Assembly (NCBI GenBank): GCA_041492755.1
Contig: JBGPXN010000075.1
Coordinates: 1-21,142, forward strand
Direction of reading: 5' to 3'
DNA: 21,142 nt
From: Candidatus Methylomirabilia bacterium
GTDB lineage: Bacteria; Methylomirabilota; Methylomirabilia; Rokubacteriales; CSP1-6
Both the position numbers and the translations under genes were made by a program. The notes below the pieces were generated by a model. That model was not told the DNA's origin and ran no database searches. It saw nothing but the letters and a program-made list of their open reading frames with translations. Each line of letters opens with the position of its first letter. Position 1 is the stretch's first letter. This document shows, piece after piece, positions 1 through 8,095 of the stretch.

Positions 1-72
1 CAGGCCGGCGAGCGCGAAGTACAGCGGGAGCATCAGCGCGAAGAGCCCCCACTGCTTTTCATGTCCGTACAT
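1..72 (-). CDS. 5' end of a membrane/secreted protein running off the left edge (MYGHEKQWGLFALMLPLYFALAGL...)
   Basis: ATG at 72-70 preceded by GGAG/GAGG, open to position 1, hydrophobic N-terminus, directly downstream of a canonical sigma-54 promoter (153-167). Not in the ORF track because it is truncated. Confidence 0.65.
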   Translation of the reverse strand, partial: MYGHEKQWGLFALMLPLYFALAGL

Positions 73-152
73 GCCTCGGCTCCCGGGTCGCGGATCCGCG
101 CGGAAGGCCGCGCGATGCGGAGATTGGACGTCCTGCTCCACCCGAGAGAGGG

Positions 153-167
153 GCAAGCGGTGTGCCA
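153..167 (-). promoter_or_regulatory. sigma-54 (-24/-12) promoter
   Basis: Minus strand reads TGGCAC-ACCGC-TTGC, matching the TGGCAC-N5-TTGC consensus, about 80 nt upstream of the ATG at 72. Confidence 0.8.
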
Positions 168-238
168 CACACGAAACGCTGCCGACAGCGGCGAAGTCCG
201 CAACGGAATGCAACCGCCATCCGGAACTCAGGCCACGG

Positions 239-252
239 TTGCAGGTATGCAA
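239..252. promoter_or_regulatory. candidate enhancer (UAS) palindrome TTGCA-N4-TGCAA
   Basis: Perfect 5-bp inverted repeat about 100 nt upstream of the predicted start site; a second TGCAA half-site lies at 209-213. Confidence 0.5.
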
Positions 253-410
253 GCGAATCCCCGGAAACGGGGGCGCGGGTCAGGACCGGCGCCGGGGCGG
301 ACGGAAGCTGAGAGCGGCTCGCGGGCGCGGGCGGGGCGGGAGGCAGGCAGGGACCGGCGGCGAGGGTGAATATCCCCACGCCGCCGGTCGCCGTCAGTGC
401 TGGCCGGGGA

Positions 411-758
411 TCAGAGAGGCGGTGCGCCCGGAAGGAAGGTGGTGTCCACGATCGTGGAGGCGCCACCCCAGCGGCCGCGCGCGTCGACCGCCCGCGCGGT
501 CACGGCGTGGCGCGCAGGCGTGACGTCGGCCGGCCGGAACTCCCACTGCCCGATCCGCTCGCTGCTCCACGTCTCCACCAGCTCGCCGTCGAAGTAGAGG
601 AACATCCGCACTGGTCCGTCACCGTCGCGGACGCGCACGTGCACGGACACGACGTCACCGCCGTTGATGCCGCCGAGGGTGCCGACGGCGACGTCGAGGC
701 CGGGGCGGAGGGGCGCGGCGCCGTCACCGCGCCCCCCCTCGGTCGCAATCATAGTCAT
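411..758 (-). CDS. small stand-alone Ig-like (Big/Ig-fold) domain protein, 115 aa
   Basis: C-terminal part of track ORF 411..1172; ATG at 758 lies 2 nt after the stop of the upstream gene. Pattern 'MFLYFDGELVETW...HAVTARAVDARG' is typical of Big_7-like Ig domains. Confidence 0.7.
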   Translation of the reverse strand: MTMIATEGGRGDGAAPLRPGLDVAVGTLGGINGGDVVSVHVRVRDGDGPVRMFLYFDGELVETWSSERIGQWEFRPADVTPARHAVTARAVDARGRWGGASTIVDTTFLPGAPPL

Positions 759-760
759 AG

Positions 761-3700
761 CTAATTCCGCACCGTCACGGTGATGCGGGCGTTGCCGGTC
801 TTCCCGGAACCGTCCCGCACCGTGGCCGAGATGGCGTGGCTCCCGTTGGTGTTGCCGGTCGTGGGCAGGCTGAACCAGACGTGCCTGGCCGAGCTCGTTT
901 GCGTGCTCTTGACCTGCCCGTCCAGGAGCAGCGTGTACGTGTTCGTGCCCGTGGTGTTCTCCACCCACACGTTCACCACCACGGTGCCGCTCACGGTCGC
1001 CCCATTGGGGGGGCTCGTGAGGAACACCGGCAGCGTGCCGGTGGTGGGTGGCGGCGGCGCCGTGACGTTGGACACCGTGACCGTCCGGGTGGCCGTGGCC
1101 GTGCGGCCGGCGCCGTCGCGCACCGTCAGCGTCAGCGTGTGCGAGCCGTTGCTGCTTCCGCTGGTATTCCACGCGTACGAGGCCGTCGTCCCGCTCACGG
1201 ACTGGGTCGAGACCGTCGTCCCGTCCACGGCCAGCGTGAAGGTCGTCGGCGTCCCGCTCGTGCCGCTCGCCGATATGCCGACCGTGCTCGTCCCGCTCAC
1301 CGTGGCGCCCGCGGTCGGCGCGGTGAACGACGCCGCCAGCGTCGGCAGCGGAGGCGGCGGTGAGGTGCCGGCGTTCTGCGCCGTCACCGTGACGCTCGTC
1401 GTGCCGGTCTTGCCGGCCACGTCACGCACGCTCGCCACCATCGTCTGCGCGCCGTTGGCGAACTGACGGGTGTCCCACGTCAGGACCGCATGCGCGCTGG
1501 AGATCGTCTGGTTGTAGATCGTCCGGCCACCGACGGTCACGGAGAACGCGTTCGCCGTGCCGGTCTGCTTCTCGACCCAGACGTTCACGGTGACCGAGCC
1601 ACCGACGGTGATGCCGCTCAGCGGGCTCGTGATGAAGACGTCCAGTCCGCCCGCTGCTGGCAGCGCCGTCGTGGTGTTGGACACCGTCACCGTGATGCTG
1701 GCGCTCGCCGTGCGGTTGAGCGAGTCCGTCGCCGTCGCCTGCAGCGTGTGCGCACCGTTGGCGACCGTGGTCGTGTTCCAGCTGAAGGTCGCGTTCGTCC
1801 CCGTGTAGATGCTGGTGCCGTCGGCCTTCACCTCGTAGCTGTAGCCGGTCCCGCCGGCGCCGGTGACGGTCACCGTGGTGCTGCCGCTGACGGTGGCGCC
1901 GTTGCCGGGATTGCTGAAGGACACGCTCAGCGGCGTGGTGCCGCCACTGCCGCTGCCGGACCCGCCGCTCCCGCCGTTGGCGATGGCGTAGACGTGAGCG
2001 CGATAGGGACCGAAGCTATCCGTGAACGAGCTGCCGCTGGCGGCCAGCGTACGGCTCTCCGCGTTGACCGTCACCGTACCGGGCGCGGTGTTCCAGGTGA
2101 ACGTGGCGCTGGCGTTGGCGTTGGTCGCGTTGTAGGCGAAGACGTAGCCCTTGCCGTTGACGACCTTGACCTTCGTCTTGACGTTGCCGTTGCTGTTGCC
2201 GGTGAGCGCGGCGCTGGCGTCGGCGGCGATGAGCACGGACTCCAGGTCGGCCAGCTCACCGACGACCGCCTTGAGGTTGTTCATGTAGCCCGTCTTCTCC
2301 GCGCACCAGCCGGAGCAGACGGTGTCGAGCGCGCCGGCGCCGTTACCGATCGACCACCAGAGCAGGCCCTGGGCGCCCTCCACGATGGCCATGTAGGCGT
2401 GGCTGCGCATTTCTTGGAGGTTCGGCCAGCGCGCGGTCGAGCCAAACTTGAAGAAGTGAAGCACGGTGAAGAACGGCCGGGAGTTCTGTACGGCAGCCCT
2501 GGTGATCTGGGTCCACTCGGCGACCAGCCCGTGATTGTAGCCGGCGGCCGGCTCCGTACTGTAGAGCGGATACGGATCCGTGCTCAGGATGTCGGCGCTG
2601 TCCCGCCAGAGGATGGTTTCGTTGTTGCCGAGCAGCGCGGCGAAGGTCGCGCTGTCCGGATCGAGACCGCGCAGGCGGTCGTACTGTGTGAAGGCGCCCG
2701 GCTGCATCTCGGCGATGCACTCGTCGATGGTGTAGTAGCCCATGCTGCCGGGATGGCTACCGACGCTCTGCACGAAGGCGTTGTCGTTGTTGATCGAGAA
2801 CTCCGGCCCCGCCGGGTAGCGGTCGAAGCAGTTGCCGGTCTGCAGCCACATCACGCCGTGCCGCTTTAGATTGTCCATCAGCGATCGCATGCTGCTGGCG
2901 TCCGTCTCGCCGTACCAGTAGTTCAGGTACGTGTTGATGCGCAGCCCCTCCATCCGCCGGTTACCGGTCGGCGACCAGAGGAGGTTCTCCCAGTACGTGT
3001 CGGTGTTGCCGTAGCCGAGGCCGGAGTCGTACACGCCGAGGATGAAGCGCGGGGTGTTACGCACGAGCACGCGGTTCTTCTCGTTGAACGAGACGTTCAT
3101 CGAGGCCCGTGCGCTCGCCGGGACCTTGGACACCCGGTAGGCCGGATAGGTGTAGACGGCGGCGCCGCCCGCCCCGTCGATCAGGCTGAACTCGGCCTTG
3201 TACGCGCGACCCGTCAGCATCGCGCTGCCGTCCAGGCTCGCTGCGAAGTTCGCGCTGGCGAGGTACGTCTGGGTGGCCACGACCAGCCCGGTCCCCTCTT
3301 CGATCAGCCGTCCCCGCACCGTGTAGCGCGGGAAGTCGTTACCGGGCGGGCGGATGGTGACGTCAAAGCGCAGCGCCTGCGACTGATCGTCGAAGAGCAT
3401 GCCGCGGTAGTTGGGGTAGAGCATGAAGACCTCGACGGCGGCGCCGAGCTGCTCTTCGAGCTTGATGTCGTCGAACCAGGCGGTACCGGACGGGCCGTTG
3501 TAGGCCTCCAGCTTCACGTAGCCGGTCCGGTCGTCGGGCACGACGATGCTCTTGATCTCGACGAACGTCCAGTCCTGCGTGCCGCTGAAACTGGCCGACG
3601 GCTTCCATTCGTTGAGGTTGGGCCGGAAGTCGAGGGTGAGCCGCACGCCCGAGCTCGTGCCGCTGCCCAGGTTCTGCGTCTTGATCCAACCGGACAGGTT

Positions 3701-4000
3701 GTAGACGCCCTTCTTGAGCTGGATCGCCTGGGTGATGCTGGTACTGCCGCCACCGAACCGGTAGCTGTTCGTCCCGCTGTGCCGCGTGAGCTGGTCGAGC
3801 GACCAGCCCGAGCCAGTTCCCCAGCTCGAGGGCGTCGAGCCGGCTGGCGTTTCGAAGCCGGGGTTGAGGACCTTGTTCGGGCCGAGCTGAACGGCGGGGA
3901 GCGCCGTCAGACCGCCCGGAATGAGCGCCTGGGCGTTTGCTCCCGAGGCGCCAGTGAGCAGCATGAGGACCCCGAGTACAGTCGTCAGCCATCCCTTCAT
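761..4000 (-). CDS. secreted protein: signal peptide + CBM4/9-like domain + putative glycoside hydrolase (TIM-barrel-like) + 4 Ig-like domains
   Basis: Signal peptide MKGWLTTVLGVLMLLTGASGANA-Q; 'NKVLNPGFE...AWFDDIKLEE' galactose-binding/CBM-like domain; central 'GYYTIDEC...DILSTDPYP' region; GGSGGSGSGSGG linker; four Thr/Val-rich Ig repeats. Alternative TTG start at 4012 has an AGAGGA RBS. Confidence 0.85.
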   Translation of the reverse strand: MKGWLTTVLGVLMLLTGASGANAQALIPGGLTALPAVQLGPNKVLNPGFETPAGSTPSSWGTGSGWSLDQLTRHSGTNSYRFGGGSTSITQAIQLKKGVYNLSGWIKTQNLGSGTSSGVRLTLDFRPNLNEWKPSASFSGTQDWTFVEIKSIVVPDDRTGYVKLEAYNGPSGTAWFDDIKLEEQLGAAVEVFMLYPNYRGMLFDDQSQALRFDVTIRPPGNDFPRYTVRGRLIEEGTGLVVATQTYLASANFAASLDGSAMLTGRAYKAEFSLIDGAGGAAVYTYPAYRVSKVPASARASMNVSFNEKNRVLVRNTPRFILGVYDSGLGYGNTDTYWENLLWSPTGNRRMEGLRINTYLNYWYGETDASSMRSLMDNLKRHGVMWLQTGNCFDRYPAGPEFSINNDNAFVQSVGSHPGSMGYYTIDECIAEMQPGAFTQYDRLRGLDPDSATFAALLGNNETILWRDSADILSTDPYPLYSTEPAAGYNHGLVAEWTQITRAAVQNSRPFFTVLHFFKFGSTARWPNLQEMRSHAYMAIVEGAQGLLWWSIGNGAGALDTVCSGWCAEKTGYMNNLKAVVGELADLESVLIAADASAALTGNSNGNVKTKVKVVNGKGYVFAYNATNANASATFTWNTAPGTVTVNAESRTLAASGSSFTDSFGPYRAHVYAIANGGSGGSGSGSGGTTPLSVSFSNPGNGATVSGSTTVTVTGAGGTGYSYEVKADGTSIYTGTNATFSWNTTTVANGAHTLQATATDSLNRTASASITVTVSNTTTALPAAGGLDVFITSPLSGITVGGSVTVNVWVEKQTGTANAFSVTVGGRTIYNQTISSAHAVLTWDTRQFANGAQTMVASVRDVAGKTGTTSVTVTAQNAGTSPPPPLPTLAASFTAPTAGATVSGTSTVGISASGTSGTPTTFTLAVDGTTVSTQSVSGTTASYAWNTSGSSNGSHTLTLTVRDGAGRTATATRTVTVSNVTAPPPPTTGTLPVFLTSPPNGATVSGTVVVNVWVENTTGTNTYTLLLDGQVKSTQTSSARHVWFSLPTTGNTNGSHAISATVRDGSGKTGNARITVTVRN
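764..1930 (-). repeat. four tandem Ig-like domains in A-B-A-B order (approximate bounds)
   Basis: A-type begin 'S/ASF(S/T)xP..GATVSG'; B-type begin 'LxVF(I/L)TSP' and contain 'VNVWVE' plus a conserved His; separated by short Pro/Thr linkers. Confidence 0.8.
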
Positions 4001-4067
4001 GCCCACCCCCAAGTTCGTCCTCTGCGTGCTACCCGTTACAACGTGGGAACTTTTTTTCCCGGGGGCG

Positions 4068-4082
4068 GCAAGAGGCGGGCCA
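4068..4082 (-). promoter_or_regulatory. sigma-54 (-24/-12) promoter
   Basis: Minus strand TGGCCC-GCCTC-TTGC with GG and GC at canonical spacing, about 55-70 nt upstream of the 4000/4012 start. Confidence 0.7.
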
Positions 4083-4179
4083 GGCCCGAAAACCGGCCGT
4101 ATGACCGCGACAATTCAGGGCTTGAAGGTGTTACCTCGTGACGGGGGTGGGCGCGGGCCTAACGTCGCGGCGTCAACCA

Positions 4180-4330
4180 CTGACACACAACGTCAGCTCT
4201 TCGTGTCAGCAGGACGCGTGCACCCCGGCTGAACCGTGCGGGTCAGCGCGTAAAGTGCGCGTCTCAGCGGACGAAAGCGCGCCTGCCCACTCCCGACGGC
4301 GAATGTCAGCGCACTGGGGGAGCGTGTCAG
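4180..4330. promoter_or_regulatory. cluster of GTCAG half-sites incl. CTGAC-N7-GTCAG (4180-4196) and CCGAC-N7-GTCAG (4293-4309); candidate enhancer
   Basis: GTCAG at 4192, 4205, 4242, 4305 and 4326 within a 350-nt intergenic region, about 100-250 nt upstream of the sigma-54 promoter at 4068-4082. Confidence 0.45.
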
Positions 4331-4363
4331 GGAGCGGAGGGCGACACCCCCCCGAACGGCCGA

Positions 4364-7300
4364 TCAGGGATTTTGAACGACGACGGGAATGGTGCGCGAG
4401 CCGGTGCGTCCGGCAGCGTCGGTGACGGTCACGGTGAGCGAGCGGCTGCCATTGGCAGTCTGGGTCGTGTTCCAGCCGAACGTCACGTGCGTGCCCGACG
4501 ACGTCGTCGTGTCGACGACGGTGCTCGCCACCGAGATCGTGCAGGTATACGGCGCGGTCGAGGTACCCGTGACCCACACGTTGACGGCGACGGTGCCGCG
4601 GACGGTCAACCCTGGAATCGGACTCGTGAGCTCGACACCGAGCGTGCCGCCGGTCGCGTTGTTGACCGTGACCGTCCGCGTCGCCGTGCTCGTCCGGCCG
4701 CCGCCGTCGGTCACGGTGACCGTCAGCGTGTGAGCGCCGTCACTCACGCTCGTCGTCGACCAGCTATAAGTCACCGACGTGTTCGCCGTCGTCTGGTTAA
4801 ACACGGACGCGCCGTCCACCGCGAGCTGATACGTGTAGCTCGGACTGCCGCCCGTGACGGCCATGCCGACGGGCGTCGCTCCACTCACCGTCGCGCCGGC
4901 GCCGGGGCTCGTGAATGATGCGGTTGGCGGGGGCGGAGAGGGCGGCGGTGACGTCCCGTTGCGCGCGGTCACGGCCAGCGTGCCGGTGCCCGTCTTGCCG
5001 GTGGCGTCACGTACGGTGGCCACCAGCGTCGCCGGGCCGTCGGCGACGGTGCGGCTGTCCCAGTCACCCCACACGTGCGCGCCCGCGCTCGTCTGCGTCC
5101 ACACCGTCTGCCCACCGACGCTGAGCGTGTAGACGGTGGCGGAGCCGGTCGCCTTCTCCACCCAGATGTTGACGGTCACCGAGCCGGTGACGGTCGCTCC
5201 CGGCGCCGGAGTCGTGATGTACACGTCGAGCCCGCCCGCCGGGGGCGGCGTGGTGTTCTGCACCGTGACCGTACGCGTCACCGTGCTCGTCTGTCCGCCG
5301 TTGTCGGTCAGCGTCAGGCGCAGCGTATGGCTGCCGTTGGCCACCGTCGTCGTGTTCCACGCGTAGCTCGCGCTGGTCGCCGCGCTGGTGGCGCTGTACG
5401 CCGAGGTACCGTCGATTGAGAGCTGATAGGTGTAGCTTGGCGTGCCACCGCTGACCGCCATGCCGACGGCCACGGTGCCGCTCACGGTGGCGTTGGCGCC
5501 GGGTGACGTGAACGACGCGGTCGGCGGCGCCGTCCCGTTTTGCACGGTCACGGGGACGGCGCGCGAGCCGAGGCGCCCGGCGCTGTCGCGGACGGTCACG
5601 AGCAGCGTGCGCGCGCCGTCGGGCGTCTGCGCCGTGTCCCAGGACAGCGTGACGTGCGTCTGCGGCGCGCTCGCCGTGCCCACGATCGTGCCGCCGACCG
5701 ACATCGTGAACTGGAAGGGCGGCGTGCTGGCACCCTCGACCCATACGTTCACACCCACCGCCCCTTTCACCGTCTCGCCGGACAGCGGACTGGTGAGCTC
5801 GACGCCGAGGCTGCCGCTGGTGCCGTTCGCGACGGTCGCGGTGCGGTTCACCGTGCTCGTGTGGCCGGCGGTGTCGGTGACGGTCAGCGCGAGCGTGCGC
5901 GCGCCGTCCGCATACAGGACCGTATTCCACGCGTACGCCGCGGTCGCCGCCGACGTCGTCTGCGTCGAGACCGTCGTACCGTCGATCGCCAGCGTGTAGG
6001 TCAGACTGCCGCTGCCGCCGGTCGCCGCCATCCCGACGGCCACGGTGCCGCTCACATTCGCGCCCGCATCCGGACTGGTGAACGACGCCGCGAAGCCGGC
6101 GGGCTGCACGGTCACGACACGTGTGGGCGGGCTCGGATCGGTGTCGCCAAGGTCGTCGGTGACGGTCAACGACGCGACGTAGCGGCCCGGATTGGCGAAG
6201 GTGACGGCGCCTGGCGTGGCGACGGTGCTGCCGGCAGGCGACCCGCCGGGGAAGACCCAGGAGTAGCGCGCGATGCTCCCGTTGGCGTCGGTGCCGGTTC
6301 CCGCGAACGTCACCGTCTGCCCCGGCGCGATGGTGACGTCGGCGGCGGGATTGGTGATGGTTGCGCGCGGCAGCGCGTTGCCCGGCGTCTCGCTGAGCTG
6401 CACGAAGCGCGCGATCGACGGCACCCCGGCGGAGTTGAGCAGGAAGAGCATGTAGTACCCGGGCGGGGCCACGCCCGGATTCGGTGGCGCCGTCACCGTG
6501 AGCGTGCCATTCTCGCGAATGAACGTCAGACCGACGACGCGCTGGTCGAAGTCGTACGCGTGCGTGCTCGAGCCCGGTCGAATCAGGACCGCCGAGGCGA
6601 TGTCGGTCGCATTGGGCGTCTGCACGCTGAAGGCGGCGCCGTAGCCGACGGTCGGCGGCGCGCCGGCAATGCTCGGTCGCGCCGCGCGTGCACCGGTCGA
6701 CGTGAAGAGATACGGCGGCGAGTACACCTCGATCTTCGACTCCCACACGCCCTCTTGCGGATTCGATCCCGCCACCCACACGGTCGCGTCCGGCATGAGC
6801 AAGGCCACCGAGTGGTAGAGCCGCGGGAACGCCATGGTGCCGGCCGGCGACCACGTCTCGCTGACCGGATCGAAGAGATCGGCGCCGAGCGTCGCCGTGC
6901 TCGCCACCTTGCGCTGGCCGGAGCCGCCGAGGGCGAGCACCGTCCCATTCGGCAGCAGGACCGCGTTCATGTCCGAGCGGGGCCCCGACATCGACGGCAG
7001 CGACCGCCACGCGGGCAACGGCTGGGACAGGTCGATGATCTCCGCCGTCGCCGTGCTCGGATTGCCGCCGCCCATGATCATGATGCGCGGCGCGTAGCCC
7101 GTCTCGGGCCGGAGCGGCAACAGCACGGAGGATCCGAAGAACCGATCGGCGTCCAGCCCCGTCTGGGCCGCCACGCCCGACCACGTCCGGCTGCCCGAGT
7201 TGAAGAAGCGCGAGGCGGGCGTCGAGCCCGAGAAGAACAGCCGGCCGTCGGGCAACAGGTGGAGCCACGGATAGAGCGGCGGGATGAACGGCGCGTCCAG

Positions 7301-7888
7301 CTCCGGACTCCAGCCCACGCCGACCTCGTAGATCTCCACCGCGCTGTTGGTGCCGCCGCTGTCCTCGAGCCAGCCGCTGAAGGTCGCGGTGGTGCCGTCC
7401 GAGAGCAGCGCGTTCGACGGATACCAGCGGCCGCGCGCCATGTCCTGCACCTGGATGAACGCCTCGGTCGCGGGATCGAAGACGGTGGTCGTGCGGATGC
7501 CGCGGAACGGGTTGTACTGCTTGTTGCCGCCGGTGATCAGGAAGCGCCCGTCCGGAAGCTGGGACATCGCGTTGCAGAAGAGGTCCCACGGTGTCGTCTG
7601 CGTCGTCGCGCTGTTGGTCGCGGGATCCCACACGGCTGCGCGATAGACCGTCTCCGTCGGATCGTTCTCGGAGCCCGCGACCACCAGGATCTTGCCCGTG
7701 CGCAGCAGCGCCGCGTGAATCGGGTTGATGGGCATCGTCTGCGACAACGTGCGCCACTCCCCGAGGGTGGCGACCTGAGCGGCCGCCGGGTGGGCCGTCC
7801 CGAGCGCGATAGGAAAGACGACGGCGAGAACGAGCAGGAGCAGGAACGAATGCTGCCGCGGGGACGGACCGGCGGGCGGGCGGCACAT
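4364..7888 (-). CDS. secreted copper-radical oxidase (galactose/glyoxal oxidase-like, AA5): kelch propeller + DUF1929/E-set + PKD + 6 Ig-like domains
   Basis: All catalytic motifs present: DLFC (Cys 7574-7576), RWYP (Tyr 7421-7423), RLYHS (Tyr/His 6812-6817), THAYD (His 6560-6562). PKD motif 'YSWVFPGG...LTVTDD'. Signal peptide ending AAA-Q after ATG at 7888; the track start at 8017 is probably too long. Confidence 0.9.
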   Translation of the reverse strand: MCRPPAGPSPRQHSFLLLLVLAVVFPIALGTAHPAAAQVATLGEWRTLSQTMPINPIHAALLRTGKILVVAGSENDPTETVYRAAVWDPATNSATTQTTPWDLFCNAMSQLPDGRFLITGGNKQYNPFRGIRTTTVFDPATEAFIQVQDMARGRWYPSNALLSDGTTATFSGWLEDSGGTNSAVEIYEVGVGWSPELDAPFIPPLYPWLHLLPDGRLFFSGSTPASRFFNSGSRTWSGVAAQTGLDADRFFGSSVLLPLRPETGYAPRIMIMGGGNPSTATAEIIDLSQPLPAWRSLPSMSGPRSDMNAVLLPNGTVLALGGSGQRKVASTATLGADLFDPVSETWSPAGTMAFPRLYHSVALLMPDATVWVAGSNPQEGVWESKIEVYSPPYLFTSTGARAARPSIAGAPPTVGYGAAFSVQTPNATDIASAVLIRPGSSTHAYDFDQRVVGLTFIRENGTLTVTAPPNPGVAPPGYYMLFLLNSAGVPSIARFVQLSETPGNALPRATITNPAADVTIAPGQTVTFAGTGTDANGSIARYSWVFPGGSPAGSTVATPGAVTFANPGRYVASLTVTDDLGDTDPSPPTRVVTVQPAGFAASFTSPDAGANVSGTVAVGMAATGGSGSLTYTLAIDGTTVSTQTTSAATAAYAWNTVLYADGARTLALTVTDTAGHTSTVNRTATVANGTSGSLGVELTSPLSGETVKGAVGVNVWVEGASTPPFQFTMSVGGTIVGTASAPQTHVTLSWDTAQTPDGARTLLVTVRDSAGRLGSRAVPVTVQNGTAPPTASFTSPGANATVSGTVAVGMAVSGGTPSYTYQLSIDGTSAYSATSAATSASYAWNTTTVANGSHTLRLTLTDNGGQTSTVTRTVTVQNTTPPPAGGLDVYITTPAPGATVTGSVTVNIWVEKATGSATVYTLSVGGQTVWTQTSAGAHVWGDWDSRTVADGPATLVATVRDATGKTGTGTLAVTARNGTSPPPSPPPPTASFTSPGAGATVSGATPVGMAVTGGSPSYTYQLAVDGASVFNQTTANTSVTYSWSTTSVSDGAHTLTVTVTDGGGRTSTATRTVTVNNATGGTLGVELTSPIPGLTVRGTVAVNVWVTGTSTAPYTCTISVASTVVDTTTSSGTHVTFGWNTTQTANGSRSLTVTVTDAAGRTGSRTIPVVVQNP
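4367..6095 (-). repeat. six tandem Ig-like domains in A-B-A-B-A-B order (approximate bounds)
   Basis: A-type 'ASFTSPxAxA(N/T)VSG..VGMA..GG...TYxLxIDG...AWNT'; B-type 'LxVx(L/I)T(S/T)P...VN(V/I)WV...HV...W(D/N)'; B1 and B3 both start G(S/T)LGVELTSP. Confidence 0.85.
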
Positions 7889-7901
7889 ACGGTCTCGACG
7901 T

Positions 7902-7916
7902 CCATTCTCCGTGCCA
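7902..7916 (-). promoter_or_regulatory. possible sigma-54 promoter for the oxidase gene
   Basis: Minus strand TGGCAC-GGAGA-ATGG: perfect -24 element, degenerate -12 (GG instead of GC). Confidence 0.4.
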
Positions 7917-8095
7917 GCGAAGTGCGGCACGCCCGGGCTGGCGAATCGCGCGTGTCTGGGCCGGCGAGCGCGCGGGGTCGCGGCGTCCACGACGTCCGAT
8001 GTCGCAGCGCGCGCCACCAGGGACGCTGCAACGACTTACCGGAGTTGAGGCGTCGCATTTCACGATGGCCGGGCCGGCGGCGGGCGAGAGCGGTC

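Noticed and set aside
252..400. Riboswitch-like fragments on the + strand (GCGAAT-CCCCG-GAAA-CGGGG hairpin, GGGTGAAT, CCGTCAG) recalling c-di-GMP-I or ydaO/c-di-AMP RNAs
   Set aside because: Wrong strand for the flanking genes and missing core elements (GACGCAAAG; GTAGGG, CCCGAA, CTAAC). An Rfam scan would settle it.
59..523. Short ORFs at 59-466, 61-369, 71-523
   Set aside because: Low-complexity translations with no motifs; the region is better explained as promoter/enhancer DNA.
4045..4060. GGGAAC-TTTTT-TTCCC hairpin with T-run as a terminator
   Set aside because: The T-run is inside the loop and stem rather than after it, and it coincides with the predicted start site of the minus-strand transcript.
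4228..4282. CTGA...GGACGAAA resembling a hammerhead ribozyme core
   Set aside because: No CTGAnGA core and no consistent stems I/III.
764..6095. Repeated DNA segments as a possible CRISPR array or DGR template/variable repeat
   Set aside because: Repeats are degenerate, in-frame Ig-domain codons about 290 nt apart; no identical direct repeats with spacers, no reverse transcriptase or cas gene, no adenine-specific variation evident.
7889..8017. Extended N-terminus of the oxidase containing RR pairs (possible Tat signal)
   Set aside because: No S/T-R-R-x-F-L-K consensus adjacent to the hydrophobic core; the extension overlaps the candidate promoter region.
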